The position numbers and the translations under genes were made by a program. Below are positions 60,241 to 64,000 of a stretch of 64,000 bases of DNA, piece by piece; the first letter of the stretch is position 1; every line of letters starts with the position of its first letter. This DNA is from Vicugna vicugna (Eukaryota). The stretch lies in the NCBI GenBank assembly GCA_013265495.1, contig MU058868.1, forward strand, positions 3,722,669-3,786,668. Direction: 5' to 3'. The notes below the pieces were generated by a model, which saw only the letters and a list, made by a program, of their open reading frames with translations, did no database searches and was not told the DNA's origin.

Positions 60241-62107
60241 CTAGGACAAAGAAAGCAGGGATGATTCCAGGCCCAGCCAATTCTGATATTACGGCGCCCT
60301 TCTGAAAGTGGAAAAAAGTTGTTTTGTTATGACGTCCTTTAAGCCAATTTTGAGGATGAGGCACTGAAATATTTCATGCCCTTCAGAAGGAAAAACGACC
60401 AGTGAAGGGAGTCCTACAGCTCCACAGCCCAGACCATCACTGTGTGAGGACCGAGGGCCTCCCACATTGGTAGGGAAGTCACTAAAGACCTCATCAACCC
60501 AGCTGCCCCTTTATAAGGGCGCACAAACATCATCTCAGGTCTCCAATGGTCCTTCCAGTAAGAGGTGTGTTTTCTGTCTTCTGGACACTGTAAATTTTAA
60601 CTGATTATTGCAGTGGCCACTGGGAAGCTCAGAGCCTGAGTGACAGTCAATTGTAGCATTCATCTGACCCCCTGGCTTTATCTCATATACGCACTCTCAT
60701 TCTAACTTTCTAATGCATTTCCTTTTATCCCACAACATTTTATATATTTTTGTTAGCCCTTTAAATCTTGTCTGAAATGAGGAAGGGGTTGAAAACTTTT
60801 TGCTTGAAAATGATTAAAGCTGTTCAATTTCCTTAAACCAGAAACTTTAAAAAAGAAATTCTTTAATATCCTTCTATGAAGCCATCACTGCAAGCTCTTG
60901 CATAAATAATCATGCCATGCCCTGGAACTCTAAGAGCAGCCTCCGTACTACTGGCCACTAATTTCTCCTATGGACTGCAACCACAAACCCTCGGTCACAC
61001 CTGGTGACCCACATTCCAAACACCCAACCAGCAGAGTCCAGGAGAGCCAAGCAACCTGTGCCAAAGAGTCCAGTTTCTGAAATTGTGTGCGGGGAGCTGT
61101 GTGTGGCTGTGCGTACACCCTCAGCCCTTGGCAAAAATAAAAAACCCAGTATTTTCCTGTTGCTTATTACCAAGACTCAGGACCCCTCCTAAGGCAAGGC
61201 GACCTAACTGGGAAGACAGGACAGACAAATGAGCAGTTATCTTCCGATTTAAATAACCATTCCAGATACGATATAAGCAGTATCAGGGTGGAAGTGATGA
61301 ATCGCTAAATGGATTTTATTGACACCAGTTGTCGAGAGAGATGTTACTGGCAAAATGATTTGGCAAGCAATTATTTTCTCAGTCGGAGAAGCTTATCTAG
61401 GCTTCTAAGAAGTTAAAAGGAAAAATTATTTCTTCAAAATCCACAGGCTGTGAGAAGGGAGTGCACCGAGAAACAGGCGGGTGGGGCAGTTTCTGTACAT
61501 CCAGACGTACAAGGTTAGCTGTCTTAACGTTGTTTACCCTGACATAAAATGGTTCCATTAACACTAAAATGGCCTCCACTTACCCAAGGCTGAGAAGATG
61601 GACTCCCTTTTTCATCTATTCTTACATCTGAGCACCTGCATGCGCCAGGCACTCAGCTGCAACTCAACATGGAACCAAGCGGCCATCAGGAAGTGTCACA
61701 TCTAGTACCTGGAGGTAAACTCTTAAATTTTATAGGGAATCTACCAAAAAGTTGTGTGCTGAGAAAGCCTGAGGCACACTGCATTTTAACAAGAATTGGT
61801 AGTGAATGTCCTGTAAGGCGCTACTTCCAGCTGACTCCGTTCTAGTGAGCTACATGCCAAGACCAAAGATGCTGAGCCCCCAAGGCAGGTGCCCCAGAGT
61901 GTGATGTCTGTTCCCACTTGCTCTTGTGTGCTTTACACACTTCATCTCATTTTATTTCCACTACAACCTCCGTGGCAAGTGTCACCGGATTCTACAGGAA
62001 GGGTCACTGAGGTTCAGAGTGAAGTGACTTGCCCCCAAGTACACAGTCAGCAAGGAGCTGGGCCTGCAGGACTCCCCACTCTGCCACTCCGAGCAGGCCC
62101 GCCCTGC

Positions 62108-62108
<1 letters not shown>

Positions 62109-62147
<39 letters not shown>
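62109..62147. repeat. pure poly-C tract (39 nt)
   Basis: Counted directly. Confidence 0.9.
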
Positions 62148-62148
<1 letters not shown>

Positions 62149-64000
62149 CAGATACACTCAAACAGGTGTGCAACTCTACAGGGAAAAGGCCGAGTCCTAC
62201 ACAGGCTGAGTGAGGCCTATGGAGCCAGACAGGTCTGGGAGCAAATTCAGAACCACCAAGAACCAGCTGCGACCTCCACCAAAGCACTGGCTTAGAAAAC
62301 CCCTGCGCCGCATTTCCGCACCTGCAGGAGGGGGACAGCACTACCAGGGAGGGCTGTCTAAGGAGCAGCCGGGGCCTGGGAAGCGGTCAGCGTGGCCTGT
62401 GGGCCCAGGACGTGCTCTGCACAGGGTGGCCCTGCTTCCCCTAGACCTGAAACAACTGTGCAAGGCAGAAAAAACACTTCAGGGCCAAACAACCATCAAG
62501 GGGCCCTGGGAAGTCTGTAAATTGCACAGATAGGAAAAGGAGGAGCAATCTTAATTAAATGCCTTGATTTGTGATTTAAAAGCAGTCTCTTCAGTTAGAG
62601 CTCAGAGGGTCAGGGCCACACACTTTCTGAGGGCTTTACACACACCAAGCAGGCTCAGCTTCCCCTTTACACCGGCCCTCCCAGGGAGGAGCCGCTATCG
62701 TCCCCACTTCCCCAGGGCACAGACCACCGGGAAGGCGGAGGCCAGGCTGGGGCTGGAGGAGCTGGACCAGAAGCCAAGCACCCGAGCTCTGCAGCCACAC
62801 TGCTCCCCGTAGGCTCACTGGAACTCCTGAACCAGACTAATTCCATCATTCATACTCAAGTCCAAACAAAGCTTTAACTATGACACAAACCTGTAATAGT
62901 GAATTAAGTGCAGATGCAGGGCAAATGCTTATGTTTTAATCACATAGAGCACTGCATGATTAAAAAAAAAAATTAAAAGAGACCTGGCCTGCCCATACTT
63001 GAAATCCCAAGAAAAGCCTTTTCAAAATTGTAAATGGCATTTCAGAACGTGAATGGCACTGGAAACTGTTACAGGTCCTACTCCAGAGGTGTCCTCAAAG
63101 AGCTAGCCAGAGGGCTCAGCACGGAGCCCGTCTTCTAGACCAGACAAACCGACTTCAGGAACAAGAGAGGACTTATTCACTCGAAGGATCCTCCTTTTCC
63201 AGGGCAGTGGGGCACAGGTGGATAGTACAGTGACGGATAAGAAGTCTCTGTAAAAACAACTTTCAGCTGTGAATGAATGATCAACACTGGGGTCCGCGTG
63301 TGATGTGGCAGGAGCTGGGGCTTTGGATCAAAAAGACTTCGTTCTAAGTCCTAGCTCTGATCCGAGGCAAGCCATCTTGCCTCTCTCTCTGCTATAAAAC
63401 GGGAGGAAGGGCAAAGACTCCCGTGATTATGCGACACGCCGTAACTGCCCATAAAGCGCGAGTCTTTCCTTCCTGGGTGTCAGGCCAGCGGCAGCCCGGT
63501 CCTAGCCGCAGTACAACTCATTGTTTTCTCAGGACCCTCCTGGGATCAAGTTTGGAAGTCTCTTGGTTTAAACCAAGTAACACTACCATTCACTGCTGTG
63601 CTCACCAGAAGCCCTGCGTGCGGGCTAATCAGTATAAACTGCCCACTCAAGCCTCTGCTGCATATCCCAACACCCTGCATAACCTCACAGGGAACTTAGA
63701 ACAGGGCCCTTCCAAGTTCTCCTGGCAAATCGGTTCACATGGCCATGACAGCATTGTTTTTTTTTTCAATCAAACAATAAAAAAACAGAGTTTACACAGG
63801 AAAGAGTTTGTCTCAGTTCTATACCTAGTTACAGCTGCGCCTTTACGAGCACTGTCTCAACCTAAATTGTCCAACACTGGGGATGGGAGTTGGGGGGCTG
63901 TGTTAAAAACACTTTGGAGGCCACTAATTTAGAACAGGTCACAGTCCCTGCCCAGAGTAGTTTATCTCGTATCCTGTTGGGAAGATAAGACCAACAGCAG

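Noticed and set aside
61578-61590. Consensus donor GG|GTAAGT on the minus strand and the 60-aa ORF at 61397-61579
   Set aside because: The nearest upstream ATG reaches the donor in phase 2, while the next exon starts in phase 0. The peptide resembles nothing I recognise in TBC1D14.
1-64000. Prokaryotic-type systems (CRISPR arrays, operons, IS elements), rRNA/tRNA genes, intact retroviral or transposase ORFs
   Set aside because: None seen. The window is spliced mammalian genes plus decayed repeats, and the many 60-170 aa ORFs are what GC-rich non-coding DNA produces by chance.

Overview
Mammalian (non-primate, non-rodent, probably laurasiatherian) genomic DNA from the conserved GRPEL1-TADA2B-CCDC96/CFAP184-TBC1D14 cluster. 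It contains GRPEL1 coding exons 2-4 (+; exon 1 lies upstream of the window), TADA2B (-, 2 coding exons, exon 1 partly inside an N gap), intronless CCDC96/CFAP184 (+) head-to-head with TADA2B on a CpG island, and the last 11 coding exons plus 3' UTR of TBC1D14 (-; 5' exons lie beyond the window). I placed every exon boundary by hand: all are GT-AG and all keep frame. Gene identities come from my recall of the human orthologue proteins, not from a database search. The interspersed repeats I can recognise are all ancient (MIR, L2, L1M, MER5A, MER20, MER2). I found no evidence of a novel multi-gene system. The points worth a second look are regulatory or structural: an RFX X-box on the ciliary-gene side of a bidirectional promoter, back-to-back polyadenylation signals between convergent genes, three Pumilio elements, an exon-internal CpG block, candidate N-truncated isoforms, an intronic hairpin, and assembly quirks.
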